Shown here piece by piece: positions 1-9,939 of a stretch of 64,000 nt of DNA. Origin of the DNA: Candidatus Latescibacterota bacterium (GTDB taxonomy: Bacteria; Latescibacterota; UBA2968); contig OZ242320.1 of assembly GCA_965208125.1 (NCBI GenBank), positions 4,096,001-4,160,000 on the forward strand. The letters are read 5' to 3'. Below the pieces are notes generated by a model that was not told the origin of the DNA, made no database searches, and saw nothing but the letters and a program-made list of their open reading frames with translations. The translations under genes and the position numbers were made by a program. Every line of letters starts with the position of its first letter. The first letter of the stretch is position 1.

Positions 1-997
1 CATACATCTGATAGAATACGATGTCGGTAAATTGGCTTGTAATGGGCAATAGGGTATCCAGCGCATCTGTGTTGGCGTTGATTTTGTCGCCGACAAACAG
101 ATGGTTCGGATCGTATCGGCGGATCGCATCCCGCGTTGTCTGGTAGTATTTTGCGACGACTTTTTGGAGGAATTCAATATTGTCGCGGGTTTCGTTTCCA
201 TTGGAAAGATCAGTGTGCAGCCGCCAATTCTCGGCTGTTTGGAGCGCGTCAAATGAATCGAATTGTGTGCCATAAGTTGTGTTGAAGTCGCTGATTTGCC
301 CGCGATAGATATCGCGCATAGTCTGAACATAAGCCTTTTTGCCCGGTGCATTGGCACCAAAATTGCGCAGTCGCCGCGGCCAGCCGATTCGCGCTTCTCG
401 CCGTGCGCCGCCAATTACGTCGGGGCGTTCTCGGCAATCTTCTTCTGTAAATAACGGACAGTCGGTCATGGCATAACCGAGCAGGAAGGGATCATCTTTT
501 GCAGGCGCGGCAAACTCCTTTGCCATCTGATCGCAGTGTGAGGCAAATGTTTCTGAAAAGACATCCAAAAAATTGCTGTCGGGTATTTCTGCCTGCCAGT
601 GTGGGATATCGACAAAGTGAATCGACTGCATATAGGGGATAGATGGCTGCGGGCGATTGACGGCTGACAACTCTGTGTGTACGCCTACTGTGTTGAAGCC
701 GTATTGACGACATGTTTGCAGGAACCAGGTTTTGAGGGCAGGTGTGAATTCGCGGCTGTCCAGATTGTCTATGCCCAACCGCTTTTTCCAGGCTTCGCGA
801 TTGTAGTCCTGTTTCCACAGATGGGGATGCAGGTGGTTTATTCCGAAGCTCAGAAACGCATTTCCCTCGGGCGTTACGAGCCACCATCTTTCGTCTTTTT
901 CTATGCGAAAAAAACCAGTTGCCTCAAATTTTTTACCGGTCCAGCCGCCGTATTGATCGCGTTCGGGGGTGTCCCGGTGCGATTTATGTTTTTGCAT
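1..997 (-). CDS. GH50/agarase-like glycoside hydrolase, runs off left edge (absent from the ORF track)
   Basis: Manual translation from ATG at 997 is open to position 2: MQKHKSHRDTPERDQYGGWTGKKFEATGFFRIEKDERWWLVTPEGNAFLSFGINH...YYQTTRDAIRRYDPNHLFVGDK, motifs typical of beta-agarase-like enzymes. Confidence 0.75.
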   Translation of the reverse strand, partial: MQKHKSHRDTPERDQYGGWTGKKFEATGFFRIEKDERWWLVTPEGNAFLSFGINHLHPHLWKQDYNREAWKKRLGIDNLDSREFTPALKTWFLQTCRQYGFNTVGVHTELSAVNRPQPSIPYMQSIHFVDIPHWQAEIPDSNFLDVFSETFASHCDQMAKEFAAPAKDDPFLLGYAMTDCPLFTEEDCRERPDVIGGARREARIGWPRRLRNFGANAPGKKAYVQTMRDIYRGQISDFNTTYGTQFDSFDALQTAENWRLHTDLSNGNETRDNIEFLQKVVAKYYQTTRDAIRRYDPNHLFVGDKINANTDALDTLLPITSQFTDIVFYQMY

Positions 998-1028
998 TTG
1001 GATGCCTTTGAATAGTTATCAGAGTATT

Positions 1029-1880
1029 TTACTCGGCGGGCACAACGTCTCGCGTGACTTCCTGAACTTTACCGGGGTGGGTTCGTCCTCTTATCCACAT
1101 AATGGGCTGGCCTTTGCCGGCGTTTTCCGGATTCATCCATTCTGCTTGCGCGCTCAGATAATGCGATACATAGCTGCGTCTAAATCGCTGGCTGTGATTA
1201 TTTGTGCTTTTGTGCAGCAGGTGGGAGTGAAACCAGATGGCCGAACCGGGAGGGACTTCTACGGGAATGCCATCCTCATCGCGAGCATTGCGCGCGAGTT
1301 TAAATTCATTTTGCTGTGATCCCTCAATGTCATCGTGTTCGGAGATTGCCTGTTTGTGACTGCCGGGGATTACGTAGAGGCAGCCGTTTTCGCGATCGGC
1401 GGGGTCAATTGCCGTCCAGGTGCCGACGGTCGTTGCTGTTCTGAACCGCCTGCCAAAATAAAATTTGTCCTGGTGCCAGGGGAATCCCAATCCGATTTCG
1501 GGTGCTTTCCAGATGAAGAGGTTGTTGATGCCCAGAATGTCTGGCCCGAGAATATCGACAACCGGGTCTGTCAAGCGTGGATCGCGCACGCGGGCAAGGA
1601 ATTCCGGGATGTAGCAACTGGGGTGATGGATTTTGTGCATGGCGTAGATGCCAGACCGCGTGTCTTTGCCGTCTCGGACAAGGGCATTCTGGTTGATGTG
1701 GACCATTGGCATTTTTCGTTTGCCTGCGACAATGTCTTCGGCGACCTGTCGCAGGTCGTCGTTTTCTTCATGTGAAAAGACGTTTTCGCGCACAAAATAT
1801 CCATTGCGTTCCCAGTGCTGAATTTCATCGGGTGTCATGCGATTGGTATTTGTTTTTAATGGTGTTGCTGGGTTTTTCAT
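1029..1880 (-). CDS. Phytanoyl-CoA dioxygenase (PhyH) family Fe(II)/2OG dioxygenase
   Basis: WHQD motif, ENGCLYVIPGSH, distal H in HSHLLHKS, RRS. Confidence 0.9.
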   Translation of the reverse strand: MKNPATPLKTNTNRMTPDEIQHWERNGYFVRENVFSHEENDDLRQVAEDIVAGKRKMPMVHINQNALVRDGKDTRSGIYAMHKIHHPSCYIPEFLARVRDPRLTDPVVDILGPDILGINNLFIWKAPEIGLGFPWHQDKFYFGRRFRTATTVGTWTAIDPADRENGCLYVIPGSHKQAISEHDDIEGSQQNEFKLARNARDEDGIPVEVPPGSAIWFHSHLLHKSTNNHSQRFRRSYVSHYLSAQAEWMNPENAGKGQPIMWIRGRTHPGKVQEVTRDVVPAE

Positions 1881-2263
1881 ATACGATCTCCTGAGTTTAA
1901 ATAGGTATCGGGAGCCTCACGCGCGCCGATCCAGACCTGATTGCCATCGGGATCGCGAACTCGAAATTCTGTCAGGCCGTAAAAAGTTACCCGGATAGGA
2001 TCGGGTTCGAAACCCGCGGCGATCACGCGGTCTCTCAATGTTTCAATATCGGATGTATAGTAGTAAACGACGTTTGAGGCATTCGATTCCGTGCGTATCG
2101 AACGGTCTATCATCACCTGGCATCCGTGTTCACCTTCCAGCAGGGCGTGGCCCCACTCGTCTTTACGTTGGATGACCTGGAACCCCAGGCCTTGTGAGTA
2201 GAAGGTTATGGCTTGATCCAAATCGGTTATTGGAACCATTGCGGTGATGCGATGTATGCTCAC
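1877..2263 (-). CDS. VOC/glyoxalase/bleomycin-resistance family protein
   Basis: DLDQAITFY..LGF and YGLTEFRVRDPDGN motifs. Confidence 0.85.
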   Translation of the reverse strand: MSIHRITAMVPITDLDQAITFYSQGLGFQVIQRKDEWGHALLEGEHGCQVMIDRSIRTESNASNVVYYYTSDIETLRDRVIAAGFEPDPIRVTFYGLTEFRVRDPDGNQVWIGAREAPDTYLNSGDRI

Positions 2264-2370
2264 TGTTTTTTCCCCTAATGATTGATCGGAAAGGGAGATG
2301 GATCCCTGGGGAATGAATCCAGATCGACCACCGATCTGTTTGGACGGTAAAATCTGTGAACTAACGCGTT

Positions 2371-2835
2371 TTATTGAAGCACCGGGTCTATAGGTGCTGG
2401 CAGTTTTTTCATCTGAACATGTGTAGAATCTTCATCGACGATTGAAAATCCCAGTCTCTGGTAGAAGGCGATGCCGCGGATGTTGATCTTTAATACTTGC
2501 AGATTCACAGCTTTCCCTGAAACATCGGCATCAGCGAGAATGCGTGTCATGCACGCTGACCCGATTCCTATACCCTGATACTCTGGATGAATAAAAAACT
2601 GATGGACCTTGAGAGAATCGGAAGTACAGGATGTGGAGAAGAAGCCAATATCGTTCCCTTGAAATTGGATAATGCAAAAATCCTGCGAATCAAACCGCTT
2701 ATTGTGTAATCCCCTCTGATGTGTATCGTCCCAGCCCTCGACTTGCTCTACATATTCGCGGAATGCGGCCTTCTTTACGGCAAAGACAAAGTCACTGTCA
2801 ACTGCATCTGCCTTGCGAATGCTCAACTCTTCCAT
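2371..2835 (-). CDS. GNAT N-acetyltransferase
   Basis: IHPEYQGIGIGS acetyl-CoA motif; AFYQRLGF. Confidence 0.9.
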   Translation of the reverse strand: MEELSIRKADAVDSDFVFAVKKAAFREYVEQVEGWDDTHQRGLHNKRFDSQDFCIIQFQGNDIGFFSTSCTSDSLKVHQFFIHPEYQGIGIGSACMTRILADADVSGKAVNLQVLKINIRGIAFYQRLGFSIVDEDSTHVQMKKLPAPIDPVLQ

Positions 2836-2872
2836 AGAGAGCCCTTTTGTTGCCCTATTTGTTCAAGCACTC

Positions 2873-3217
2873 TTAAGTAGGATCATATATGCAGGCATCC
2901 AGAATACTCAACGCCTCATTAAGCACAGATTGAGGTGCTTTAGATACGCGCTTTACCTTTCGGCTGTTGTAATCGATTGATTTAATCTGCTCCACCATGA
3001 TATACCCACTAATGGCCTGTCCTTTGGGGATCGCAACATGAAGGGGAATATCTCTAAAGGTGTTGGTGATTGGGCACACCATAGCAAGTCCTGTATGCCT
3101 GTTAAATAGTGTATTACTGATTACCAAAGCGGGACGACGGCCTCTTTGCTCATGTCCGGCCTGTGGATCAAAAGTCAAAATGACGAAATCACCTTTTTGG
3201 GGAATATATTCTGGCAT
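2873..3217 (-). CDS. mazF: PemK/MazF family toxin
   Basis: FDPQAGHEQRGRRPALVIS...CPIT. Confidence 0.92.
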   Translation of the reverse strand: MPEYIPQKGDFVILTFDPQAGHEQRGRRPALVISNTLFNRHTGLAMVCPITNTFRDIPLHVAIPKGQAISGYIMVEQIKSIDYNSRKVKRVSKAPQSVLNEALSILDACIYDPT

Positions 3218-3466
3218 TTACCACACTTCTTTCCCTATAGGCTTTCCCCAGTCCAACTCTTCGACTTGATAATTTTGGGGCATTTTGGAAACCAGTTCAC
3301 GCAAATCGTATTTTCCCCGCACTTTTGTCACAGGTTCAACAATGATTTGTCCCTTTTTAACAGAGATATTGACTTGATCTCCAACATTGATATGGGCTTC
3401 CTTCAGAATAGCTTTAGAAAATCGGAGTCCCTGACTATTGCCCCATTTTTGAACTTTAGTCACCAT
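3218..3466 (-). CDS. mazE: MazE/AbrB family antitoxin
   Basis: KVQKWGNSQGLR...DWGKPIGKEVW; directly upstream of the toxin. Confidence 0.92.
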   Translation of the reverse strand: MVTKVQKWGNSQGLRFSKAILKEAHINVGDQVNISVKKGQIIVEPVTKVRGKYDLRELVSKMPQNYQVEELDWGKPIGKEVW

Positions 3467-3496
3467 CGTGTATCTCCTTGAAATCAGCAGTCCCAG

Positions 3497-3537
3497 ATGT
3501 ATATCCGAAGTATATCCAAATTGCAGTCAACTTGCAA
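3497..3537 (-). promoter_or_regulatory. Putative sigma70 promoter and autoregulatory operator of mazEF
   Basis: Minus strand TTGCAA-17 bp-TATACT; GGATATAC repeated across the -10. Confidence 0.5.
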
Positions 3538-3565
3538 GGGATTTTATAGCAAACGGCACATCGCC

Positions 3566-4024
3566 TTATTTAGTCTCGATTGGTTTCACCATTTCAAGGT
3601 ACCAGGGAACAAATCCACAGTCCCGATAAAATGCCAGGATGTCATCGAAACGCTTCGCTGCCGAGTAGAGTCGCATGTGACTGAATCCAGCGGCTTTTGC
3701 TTTTGATTGGGCAGTTTTGACCAGTCGCTGGCCTATTCCACTATGGCGAGATTCTGGACGCACATACAGTTCAACAATTTCAAGAATACGGCTGCCTTCA
3801 GGGAATACACATTCGCCATCATACGACCGTTCTACACAATAGATGAATCCAATAGGCTCACAGCCATCTATCGCCAAAAAGAGCCAATCCAGGTCGCGAT
3901 CATTCCATACTTCCACCGGATCGGGCCCATAACCCCATATTGCGCCTTCGGATGCCAGATCTTCCTGCAGCGAAAGGATAGCGGCTATATCCGACTTGTT
4001 TGACTTACGGATTGTGACGGTCAT
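3566..4024 (-). CDS. GNAT N-acetyltransferase
   Basis: LYVRPESRHSGIGQRL; FYRDCGF. Confidence 0.88.
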   Translation of the reverse strand: MTVTIRKSNKSDIAAILSLQEDLASEGAIWGYGPDPVEVWNDRDLDWLFLAIDGCEPIGFIYCVERSYDGECVFPEGSRILEIVELYVRPESRHSGIGQRLVKTAQSKAKAAGFSHMRLYSAAKRFDDILAFYRDCGFVPWYLEMVKPIETK

Positions 4025-4058
4025 TTTGTATTCCGTCCATTACTGGCAATTTCTCTAT

Positions 4059-4877
4059 CTAACCAAACCGCTCCTCTAACCATGTAACGGCAAAATCGGT
4101 CAGAACCCTGGCGTCGAACAAATAGGATTCCGCGGCTCCAACCCGTCTCGTTGCATAGCTTGCCTGGGTCATATATTTCTCTACAATGGAAAGAAAATAG
4201 TCGCCATTGGGGGGGCCCCAATCGACGATGCCACCAGAAGTGTCAAATTGCTCAAATTCTATCCATTCGCACTTGCCATCACGCAAGATGGGCCACCGAT
4301 AGCGCTCAGTTTTCTTGTTGGGCACGTCAGCAATATGCTCTGCGTAATGTAGAATCGTCAGGCTATCAAAGAGTGGTCCAAGCAGTAGTATTCGCCCCCT
4401 GACTTTGCACAATTTTGCGAGAGGGGAGCCTGCACCATAACCAAATTGGAGGGGATGATCCGATGTGATCCACTCCGCTTTTGCGCCAATAGCCGCCATT
4501 CTTGCTTCGGGATGGTTGCTGCAATACGCGCCGGGCCATGTTCGGAGGTGCTCGGTGAGGATGCTCCACTTGCGGAAGGCGCGTGTCCGTTTAGGATCAA
4601 ACGGTGGGCATTCCGCCAGGTACGCTTTTTGCCAGTCCTCTGGCCAATCTTCAATTTCGTTCAGAGGCTCCTCGCATTTTATGTACATCATCAAGGTGCC
4701 CGAAGGTCCAATCACGTCCAAAATTGCCTGAATCACAATATCTGGTCCGCCAACGATCCAGCCGACTGCCTTGACAGACGCGTGCAGCATCAGGGTATCG
4801 CCCGGGACAATCCCCAGTTTTGATAAGTCAGATACCAGCTTGCTTCGCGTAATTACTGGCAAATCTATTTTCGCCAT
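4059..4877 (-). CDS. aac(3): Aminoglycoside 3-N-acetyltransferase (Antibiotic_NAT) family
   Basis: LGIVPGDTLMLHASVKAVGW..GG, GTLMM, GAGSPL, TILHYAE, FDT motifs. Confidence 0.88.
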   Translation of the reverse strand: MAKIDLPVITRSKLVSDLSKLGIVPGDTLMLHASVKAVGWIVGGPDIVIQAILDVIGPSGTLMMYIKCEEPLNEIEDWPEDWQKAYLAECPPFDPKRTRAFRKWSILTEHLRTWPGAYCSNHPEARMAAIGAKAEWITSDHPLQFGYGAGSPLAKLCKVRGRILLLGPLFDSLTILHYAEHIADVPNKKTERYRWPILRDGKCEWIEFEQFDTSGGIVDWGPPNGDYFLSIVEKYMTQASYATRRVGAAESYLFDARVLTDFAVTWLEERFG

Positions 4878-4914
4878 TGCGATCTCCTTTTTAGATCAGG
4901 TTTATCATAATCCT

Positions 4915-6186
4915 CTATTTATCTAAACCAGGTACAACTGCGCCATGTGACAAAAGCAATTCGCGCAAATCGGAAATTGGGACTTCTCGAGGTGTGGTTT
5001 CCAGACGCACAGATAATGCAGCGGCAGCACCCACAGCCTGTCCCATGGCCATAGATGACGCCTGTACTCGTAAAGCGGAATTCGCCAACCGGTCACTGCT
5101 CACGCTGCGACCAGCGACCAGCAAATTGCGACTCTCTTTGGGGATAAGCGCGCGAAGAGGGACGGTGGGAACGATTCCTTTGGATAGCGGTCTGGGTTTG
5201 ATGCCATCGCGGTCGTGGAGATCGATGGGGTAAAAAGAATAGGATACGGCGTCATCAAAAAATCGTCCACTCGTGTAATCTTCATGGGTTATTTGCACAT
5301 CGCCAACAATGCGATAGGTCTCACGCACGGCTGTTTCTGCCTGAGCTTTCAAAACACATGCGTTTTCGCACCCTGGTAGAGAACGCACAAAACGCAGAAT
5401 CCGCAATAGTGCCTGTCGCCCTGCTATGTTGGTTTTTGTATGCCTGTCAGAGGTTGATGCATCAGCACCAAATACATGCTGGGCATTTCCGCCTTTTCGA
5501 AGATAACTGATAAATCGCACCTGTGGATTCATTACATCGCCGTGTTGCAAGCGGCCATCTTTAATGGCAGCAGAAAAATGCGCCTGAATGACCTCCTCAT
5601 CCAGTGATTCGACATTATAACCCCCGAGTTCAAAAATCAACGTGCCGGGCTGGGTTTCTTGTTCGCGCAAACGCGGAAAACCGATCTGCCCGACAATATT
5701 TGCGCCACCAGTACAATCAATTAACTGTTTGGCCCATATAGTGCGGCGCATGCTTTTGCCTGTGGTTTCTACTGTCCAGCCCGTGTCCGTTTCTGAAACC
5801 CGAGTCGGTATTTCGTAGAAATGTAATTTCACCCCTGCTTGCGTACAGGCTTCTTCGACGAGTGCGGCATATACTGGACCGTTGATGCGAATTTGGTGCA
5901 TCCAATGGCGCTCGGGAGGTACTGAAAAATCTGGCAATTTTCTACTGTCAAGTGCCACAGCTTTTGTAACGAGTTCCCACCCAATACCCGCAATAATTTG
6001 CTTTCCCCAGGCGTGAAAAAGGCCCGGAAACGAAACCCCACCCGTTGTGGTTACACCGCCGAGTTGGCTACCGGATTCAATCAGGGCTGTGCGAAGTCCC
6101 GTGCGCCCAGCTTGTACCGCAGCAATGGTGCCCGCTGTACCACCGCCAATGACCAGAACATCTACATTTTCTTTCATGTGCTCCAT
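4915..6186 (-). CDS. FAD-dependent oxidoreductase (FAD_oxidored family)
   Basis: VLVIGGGTAG, IDCTG, VRETYRIVG, NLLVAGRSVS..LRV..MAMGQAVG. Confidence 0.88.
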   Translation of the reverse strand: MEHMKENVDVLVIGGGTAGTIAAVQAGRTGLRTALIESGSQLGGVTTTGGVSFPGLFHAWGKQIIAGIGWELVTKAVALDSRKLPDFSVPPERHWMHQIRINGPVYAALVEEACTQAGVKLHFYEIPTRVSETDTGWTVETTGKSMRRTIWAKQLIDCTGGANIVGQIGFPRLREQETQPGTLIFELGGYNVESLDEEVIQAHFSAAIKDGRLQHGDVMNPQVRFISYLRKGGNAQHVFGADASTSDRHTKTNIAGRQALLRILRFVRSLPGCENACVLKAQAETAVRETYRIVGDVQITHEDYTSGRFFDDAVSYSFYPIDLHDRDGIKPRPLSKGIVPTVPLRALIPKESRNLLVAGRSVSSDRLANSALRVQASSMAMGQAVGAAAALSVRLETTPREVPISDLRELLLSHGAVVPGLDK

Positions 6187-6206
6187 ATTGACAATCTCCC
6201 TGTGCT

Positions 6207-6806
6207 TTACTCCTCAGTTTCAGTGTCGCCAAGAGGATGAAGATCAATCGGTGTGAGAATTCCGTAAAATCCGTATTTGATACCTGAGCGGTCTCCTTTT
6301 CCGGGCGGAAAGTATTCTTCTATAAGTGCCAATAATCGACGACTGAATTCGGATGCCTGTTCTTCAGATAGCCGCGCGCGGTTGTGATTGACGGATGTCT
6401 GGAATGTCGAACCGTACAAGCCCTCGGCAGCTTCGCGAAATGCTTGATTGAACTGGCTGATAACATCGATTGGCATGGCCTCTGCAACCTGGTTGTTTGC
6501 GAGGAGGTCCTCTCGAACGCGAATCTTACCCGCTGCTGGCGAACAACGCCATTCATTGGGGTCAGTTTCACCTTCCTTTAAATGTACGACACCTGTTTCT
6601 GCCAGATTTTTCAAGTGATACAGCACCCGGGCATCAGTAATTTCCAATGTCTGCGAGATTTCTGCAACCGACTTTCCGTCGCTAAGAGTTTCGAGGATGA
6701 GCCAACGCAGTGGATCGGCAAGTATGTTCGCGCGGTCATCCTCAATAACGATTACCGTCTCCTTTAAGGCGTTGATCGGAAATGTCAATTCACGCCACGT
6801 ACTCAT
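6207..6806 (-). CDS. ArsR-like winged-HTH regulator
   Basis: LADPLRWLILETL...SVAEISQTL...VLYHLKNLAETGVV. Confidence 0.8.
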   Translation of the reverse strand: MSTWRELTFPINALKETVIVIEDDRANILADPLRWLILETLSDGKSVAEISQTLEITDARVLYHLKNLAETGVVHLKEGETDPNEWRCSPAAGKIRVREDLLANNQVAEAMPIDVISQFNQAFREAAEGLYGSTFQTSVNHNRARLSEEQASEFSRRLLALIEEYFPPGKGDRSGIKYGFYGILTPIDLHPLGDTETEE

Positions 6807-6835
6807 TTAGACTCTCCATTCGTATAATTGAGGGA

Positions 6836-7939
6836 TCACTCTTTGAGGTGGAGAAGTATGTCTTCTGCTTTGCCTTTTAGAAATAGATCCTCTTGATGCA
6901 GAAATTCGGGTCTATTTGGCGAGATTGCTGTAATTAGAGTCCCCTGGTCACGGCAATAACTGATCAAACCATGCTCATCTCTGCCCAGGCCTATGGCGAG
7001 GAGGATTTTTCCTTCCTTTAACCAATTCCACCCCTTTCCGTCAGGTTCGAAATATGTATGGCTTTTCAGATGCACCCTCCTGGATCCCGCCCGTTCATGG
7101 AGTTTGTCATCATTCCCGGTGATGATGCGACGGATTGTACCGATTTCTTCGAGATGTGCCAGTGCCTTGTGGGCAGCATTCGGCTCTGCCTGAATGAATG
7201 CGGCCTGGAACTGCGCGAGTACCTGAGCCAGTCTGTGTGGTTTCTCGATCATCAGATTCGCAACTGTACCTGGAAATGGTTCATGCAGCGGGAAATGCCT
7301 TTCCAATCCTCTCTCTCCCCGAAAGCTTGGAATACCACTTCCCGTTGAGATGCCTGCGCCAGTGATCGCGATTGCGGGACTTTGAGAGAGGAGGTTGGAT
7401 AATTCAGCCAGTGAGACTTTCCTCGCTTCAGCAGGGCTTGCATTCTGACTCACTGGATAGTAATGACTTCGCTCTATAAGGGGATTACCAGAGGCTTCGG
7501 GTTTTGGTCGAAATCGTTCAAGGTGATGATCCCAGAGGTCATCCGCGTTTCCATAGGTTATTGCAAGATGGCTATCTGTGGTCCCACGATGGGGTGTCCC
7601 GGATGTGAAATAGATCCGGAATTGATCCCGTTCTTCGGGTTTGGATTGAGACCGACGAAGTGCCTCTTTGAGTGCCAAAACCTTAAAGGACGGTCCGTTT
7701 TCTGAATGCTTTCCTGAGCATGCGACACACAGATCGAGAAGATCGATCGATCCAGTTTCATCTACTCTTAGTCTCCCATAGAAACCAAATGTCCTTTCTG
7801 GGCCAGCGAAAGTCCAACCGAAGTCTGTGAAACTTCCCCAGATGGATCTGTAGCTCTGAAGTTGGGAGGGGGTGAGATCGATTACGTGCATCGTATTTTG
7901 CATCCGTATTATTGAGGATAGAGTCTGAATCTTCCTCAA
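6836..7939 (-). CDS. Sirtuin (SIR2/CobB)-like protein with unknown N-terminal domain
   Basis: TGAGISTGSGIPSFRG, PNAAHKALA, ITGNDD.LHERAGS; start may be ~7903/7891. Confidence 0.75.
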   Translation of the reverse strand: MRKIQTLSSIIRMQNTMHVIDLTPSQLQSYRSIWGSFTDFGWTFAGPERTFGFYGRLRVDETGSIDLLDLCVACSGKHSENGPSFKVLALKEALRRSQSKPEERDQFRIYFTSGTPHRGTTDSHLAITYGNADDLWDHHLERFRPKPEASGNPLIERSHYYPVSQNASPAEARKVSLAELSNLLSQSPAIAITGAGISTGSGIPSFRGERGLERHFPLHEPFPGTVANLMIEKPHRLAQVLAQFQAAFIQAEPNAAHKALAHLEEIGTIRRIITGNDDKLHERAGSRRVHLKSHTYFEPDGKGWNWLKEGKILLAIGLGRDEHGLISYCRDQGTLITAISPNRPEFLHQEDLFLKGKAEDILLHLKE

Positions 7940-7958
7940 TGGAAGTAGCCAGTGAATA

Positions 7959-9089
7959 CTATCCTCTTTGTTTTTTACCTTTCTTTTCCGCTAAATGTAG
8001 GATTCGATGGACAAAGTCGGTTTTGCCTTCTGTATAACCCTTACCAGATGGGTCTTTCTGTAATAACTCTTCTTTGAGTTTTGCATACTCATCTCTTGCT
8101 TCTTGATTAGATCGCAAAAAGTCGCGGAAAAGGATCTGACGATCCCAAAATCCTCCACGGTCAGTATAGGCAATAGACAGATGGAACTTGACAGGGGTGC
8201 CCTTGGCAAAGAAGTGCCGTTCGGTACTGGATCGGGTGGGGTAGAAATCGTACCCTATTTGAGCAAGGGCTTTTATGAAGCCATCGGCATCTTTGTGATT
8301 TTCAATCTTAACGGCAATATCAATTATCGGTTTCGATGGCAGTTTCTCAATGGATGTACTACCGATATGTTCAATCTCTATAGCTGCCGTACCGAATATA
8401 TCCCAGAGCTTACGTTTTTCCACGTTAAATTCCCGCTTCCAGATTGGCTGATATTGAGACAATTGGATTGGAGTAGAATTATTCATTCTTTGACTCAGCT
8501 TTGATATCCACTCGTGTCCAGGATAGCATAGCTCCAAACATCGTTTTAGCCACGCAGCTTCCTCGTAGTTGAGGAGCGGCAGAGTATTCCTGAAGTCGGC
8601 GTTATTCCGATCGATCTGTAGATTGTTCGCCTTATAGAGAAGCTGAATCTGCGGAGAGAGGTAAGGTATTCCGGATTTGGTTATCCGTCCCAGGAAGGAA
8701 ATTGGCCCGGTGATCTTCGGTTCACGACGGAAAACCCACGAATCCCCGTCTGTTTCCATAAGCATCAATTGGATCGCCCAGGGGGATTCTGGCGTACGGC
8801 GCCCCCAAATGTCATTAATGGGTGGATTCAGGAATTCGCCTTTGGCCCATGTCGTAAACTCTGGCGATCTCCTGTCGCTTAGATCCCAATCAGAAAGGTG
8901 TTCCTGGAATATGAGTTGATCGTCCCTGAGGATCAGGATATCCAGGTCCCCATGAGGACGTGTCTGACGACCGATAAAGAGATCAATGGCCCATCCGCCT
9001 GAAATCCACCACGGTGCGGATAGCCCGGATAATAGCTCTTGTGCCTCCATGGGGGAGAGCGGGTCCCAAACATGAGCGGTTTCTTCCAA
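7959..9089 (-). CDS. Fusion of ANT(2'')/Lnu-like nucleotidyltransferase and GrpB-family nucleotidyltransferase
   Basis: N-terminal WWISGGWAIDLF.G.QTRPHGDLDI; C-terminal IEHIGSTSI..L.SKPIIDI, FRDFLR, Y..LK, YTEGKTDFV. Confidence 0.82.
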   Translation of the reverse strand: MEETAHVWDPLSPMEAQELLSGLSAPWWISGGWAIDLFIGRQTRPHGDLDILILRDDQLIFQEHLSDWDLSDRRSPEFTTWAKGEFLNPPINDIWGRRTPESPWAIQLMLMETDGDSWVFRREPKITGPISFLGRITKSGIPYLSPQIQLLYKANNLQIDRNNADFRNTLPLLNYEEAAWLKRCLELCYPGHEWISKLSQRMNNSTPIQLSQYQPIWKREFNVEKRKLWDIFGTAAIEIEHIGSTSIEKLPSKPIIDIAVKIENHKDADGFIKALAQIGYDFYPTRSSTERHFFAKGTPVKFHLSIAYTDRGGFWDRQILFRDFLRSNQEARDEYAKLKEELLQKDPSGKGYTEGKTDFVHRILHLAEKKGKKQRG

Positions 9090-9168
9090 GTAACTTACTC
9101 CTTGTATGCTACGCCAGAACTAAATTTTGCAGAAATCTTATCGCGCGTCTTCTGATTATTAAGGCTGT

Positions 9169-9939
9169 TCAATTTTTGACCAGAATCACGTAGGTCCTGC
9201 GGGAGATCTCTTGAAAGCCAAGTTTCGCTGCAACTCGCAATGAGGCAAAGTTGTCCTCTCCCGTGCTCCAGATGGGAACGCGTCCTTGTTCTTGAAGCCG
9301 ATTCGATACTATTGAGGCGGCGGCACTACACAGACCTCTTTTGCGCCAGGGTTCAAGAGTACCAACGCCAATCTCACCGTGAAGATCAGTGACGCCGCTT
9401 GTGTGGGCTATGGACACCAATCGCCCCGCATCAATAGCGCCCGCTACAATTCCCTCTGAGAGCATTGTTTCCATATCCTCATAACCACCACCCTGTATTT
9501 CGATAGGTGCGGATGCAATTAAGTTTCGGTCCTGCATGGTTAATCTGCGGACGTATTCACTGGTGAACAGTTGGACTGGTCTCGTCAACGAATGATAAAC
9601 ATCGCCGTAGTACCGTACTTTTACTCCGTTGGAATTCTCTATCAGATCACCAAGCGGTTTGGCGCATTGTCGATTCACACCTATACAGTCCCAACCCTCC
9701 ACTAACTGAAGCAATTCCCACAGTGCTCGCGCCTCGGTCCCAAATCCCCTGGGTTCTTCTGAATCGAAGTGGCCCTGGACGATAGCTGCGCTGAAGGAGG
9801 TGGGACTTCCCGCTACAAAAGCCTTGCACAGTTTCTTTCTTAGAAGGTGTACTGCCACTACAGTCTCGGGGGTATCACCCAGAGTTTTCGCGAGTTCGGC
9901 GAAATCCGCTGGATTTAGTTGTGCGATGTCGTATGCCAT
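9169..9939 (-). CDS. GNAT family acetyltransferase
   Basis: EIGVGTLEPWRKRGL; NFASLRVAAKLGF. Confidence 0.85.
   Translation of the reverse strand: MAYDIAQLNPADFAELAKTLGDTPETVVAVHLLRKKLCKAFVAGSPTSFSAAIVQGHFDSEEPRGFGTEARALWELLQLVEGWDCIGVNRQCAKPLGDLIENSNGVKVRYYGDVYHSLTRPVQLFTSEYVRRLTMQDRNLIASAPIEIQGGGYEDMETMLSEGIVAGAIDAGRLVSIAHTSGVTDLHGEIGVGTLEPWRKRGLCSAAASIVSNRLQEQGRVPIWSTGEDNFASLRVAAKLGFQEISRRTYVILVKN

Noticed and set aside
6836-9089. Sir2 plus nucleotidyltransferase as a Thoeris/CBASS-type defence operon
   Set aside because: The sirtuin is CobB-like, the NTases are ANT/GrpB-type rather than CD-NTase, and adjacency is expected in a mosaic array
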